This document shows positions 14,215-15,775 of a DNA stretch of 15,775 bases, one piece after another. This stretch comes from a virus (taxonomy: Duplodnaviria; Heunggongvirae; Uroviricota; Caudoviricetes). The notes under the pieces were generated by a model, which was not told the origin of the DNA, searched no databases, and worked only from the letters and a program-made list of their open reading frames with translations. How positions within the stretch are numbered: position 1 is the first letter of the stretch; each line of letters starts with the position of its first letter. A program made the translations under genes and the position numbers. The DNA lies in IMG/VR virus record IMGVR_UViG_2693429635_000019, positions 1 to 15,775 of that record; one strand, 5' to 3'.

Positions 14215-14481
14215 ATGGACGAATCAAGAAAGCAGTTTGAAGAATGGTTTGAAAATTACACCGGATGTGATCCTAAAAATAAAATATACGCCAATATGGT
14301 TGAGATGTATTGGCAAGCGTGGCAGGCATCGCGAGCAGCTATCGAGATTGAGTGTCCTGGAAAAAGAGAGCGTGAGGCATTTTCTACCGATTTCGAGGAT
14401 GGGGTCACATTTGGTTATAACGACGCAATTAGTGAATGCGAAGGACGGATTCGCGCTGCTGGAGTCAAAGTGAAGGGGTGA
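14215..14481 (+). CDS. Hypothetical protein, 88 aa, paralog A (N-terminus MDESRKQFEE, motif WQASRAAIE)
   Basis: ATG 14215; shares start sequence and internal motifs with CDS 14939-15295. Confidence 0.6.
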   Translation: MDESRKQFEEWFENYTGCDPKNKIYANMVEMYWQAWQASRAAIEIECPGKREREAFSTDFEDGVTFGYNDAISECEGRIRAAGVKVKG

Positions 14482-14483
14482 GC

Positions 14484-14669
14484 ATGAGTCGACGAAGTAG
14501 CTTTTTGGGGTTTGTAATATTCCTGTTCTGCACTGGTTACATCGTAATCTGGTCAATTTCGAACATTGACCGTGGCGGGGAATATCTCATTGTAATGTTC
14601 TTTCCTTTGTTTCTTGGGTGGTACGCCGCAAGGTTGCTGGAAGAATGGGGTTACAGGCATAAAAAATAA
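14484..14669 (+). CDS. Small membrane protein 2 (2 TM), 61 aa
   Basis: ORF track 14436-14669 trimmed to ATG 14484 with AAGGGG RBS, directly after stop of paralog A. Confidence 0.5.
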   Translation: MSRRSSFLGFVIFLFCTGYIVIWSISNIDRGGEYLIVMFFPLFLGWYAARLLEEWGYRHKK

Positions 14670-14728
14670 AGGAGTGTTCAGTGAAGCAAACCCTTTTTTA
14701 TTGGATTAAGAGCGAGTGGTAAGTACCG

Positions 14729-14911
14729 ATGGTAAATGCATTTATTTGTAGTTTATTTCTTGTCGCGATTTTTCATGGATTCCTTCTGATGATGAGTTTT
14801 GTTCTCTGGAATAATGGATATCGCATATTGGGAGTAGGTTTTGTTTTACGGTTTTCAGTTGTCTGCGCGTTGCTACCGATAATTATGGCGACTATCAAAT
14901 ATTATTGGTAA
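14729..14911 (+). CDS. Small membrane protein 3 (2 TM), 60 aa
   Basis: ATG 14729; hydrophobic; upstream sequence GGTAAGTACCGATGG repeats the sequence preceding paralog A (GGTAAGTATCGATGG). Confidence 0.45.
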   Translation: MVNAFICSLFLVAIFHGFLLMMSFVLWNNGYRILGVGFVLRFSVVCALLPIIMATIKYYW

Positions 14912-14938
14912 CCCAAAAAATCATCGATGGAGAGTGAT

Positions 14939-15295
14939 ATGGACGAATCAAGAAAGCAGTTTGAGGAATACGTTGCCAAAAAATTGAGATTACCATTCGA
15001 GATGATAACCGAGGCAAGAAATGGTGATAGGTACTTCGCATTTTCAAGCATGGATATTCGTCACTCCTTAAATGAGTGGTGGACTTTATGGCAGGCATCG
15101 CGAGCAGCTATTGAACTGGATATCGACTGGCCAGAATCGAATGACGACTTTTGGAAAGATGGTGAAGAAGGTGCTTATGCGATGGGTTATGAGGATGGGC
15201 GTGACAAAACGGTAATTGCAGTAATGAAAGCTATCAGAGCCGCTGGAATTAAAGAGAAGAATTTCGATGAAGCAAACAATCTTCCTCCGAAGTAA
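14939..15295 (+). CDS. Hypothetical protein, 118 aa, paralog B (N-terminus MDESRKQFEE, motif WQASRAAIE)
   Basis: ORF track 14927-15295 trimmed to ATG 14939 (GGAGAG RBS) where nucleotide identity with paralog A start begins. Confidence 0.6.
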   Translation: MDESRKQFEEYVAKKLRLPFEMITEARNGDRYFAFSSMDIRHSLNEWWTLWQASRAAIELDIDWPESNDDFWKDGEEGAYAMGYEDGRDKTVIAVMKAIRAAGIKEKNFDEANNLPPK

Positions 15296-15677
15296 GCAAC
15301 AACAGCAAGCCGCAATAAATGCCATCCTCGCAACACCACTCGATAAAGACAAGCCAGTCACCATCCGCATTACTGACTACAAGCGCAACCTTGACCAGAA
15401 CGCAAAATTTCACGCGATGCTGGCGGATATCGCTCGTCAGGTTCAATGGTGCGGCAAATGGTTAAAACCGGAACAATGGAAGGTTTTGTTGATCAGCGGT
15501 CATGCAGTGGCAACAAAACAGGAAGCTGATGTTTTGCCCGGGCTTGAAGGCGAATACGTCAACATTCGCGAAAGTAGCGCGCAGATGAGTGTGAAGCGTA
15601 TGGCAAGTCTGATTGAGTACACGACAGCATGGGCTATTGGTCAGGGTGTCAGATTTACCGACAGGAGGTACGAATGA
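15267..15677 (+). CDS. ninB: NinB-family recombination protein
   Basis: 136 aa; pattern [32 protein letters not shown]...EQWK matches lambda NinB (ERNRSLDQNRKLWACLGDVSRQVEWHGRWL) from memory; overlaps preceding gene by 29 nt. Confidence 0.8.
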   Translation: MKQTIFLRSKQQQQAAINAILATPLDKDKPVTIRITDYKRNLDQNAKFHAMLADIARQVQWCGKWLKPEQWKVLLISGHAVATKQEADVLPGLEGEYVNIRESSAQMSVKRMASLIEYTTAWAIGQGVRFTDRRYE

Positions 15678-15775
15678 GACGACAGCGACGAAGTTTCACC
15701 GACATCATCTGCGAAAACTGCAAATACCTTCCAACGAAACGCTCCAGAAATAAACGCAAGCCAATCCCAAAAGAA
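15674..15775 (+). CDS. NinE-like protein, 5' partial (truncated by window end)
   Basis: ATG 15674 overlapping ninB stop (ATGA), AGGAGG RBS; [34 protein letters not shown] resembles NinE as I recall it. Confidence 0.5.
   Translation, partial: MRRQRRSFTDIICENCKYLPTKRSRNKRKPIPKE

Noticed and set aside
13970-14556. Minus-strand ORFs 13970-14227 and 14224-14556
   Set aside because: Antisense to the plus-strand small-gene array, no RBS, implausible composition.

Overview
The window runs from a chromosomal sucrose-permease gene (cscB-like, 1-1248) across a prophage attachment junction into the early arm of a mosaic lambdoid prophage integrated at an argW-type tRNA-Arg site. Two non-contiguous tRNA-Arg 3'-end fragments (1690-1704 and 1998-2013) flank a torI-like excisionase gene. 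Reading inward on the minus strand there is a string of small early genes (one moron-like gene bracketed by terminators, a Zn-ribbon protein, DUF551, an acidic 93-aa protein), then an Erf plus SSB-like recombination module, a tnpB gene without tnpA sitting between a cIII-like gene and erf, a membrane protein, and N with lambda-type nutL and PL. The immunity region is hybrid: a CI repressor with a lambda-identical C-terminal domain but a different N-terminal HTH domain and non-lambda operators, followed by cro, nutR and cII. On the plus strand follow a P22-type replication module (initiator with internal iterons, DnaB-like helicase) and the start of the nin region (tandem small membrane/soluble gene pairs, ninB, truncated ninE-like). 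The most unusual element is the operon-embedded TnpB, whose RuvC-II catalytic position appears substituted and whose stop codon lies in a perfect hairpin. All identifications are from reading the sequence and remembered family signatures; no database search was run.
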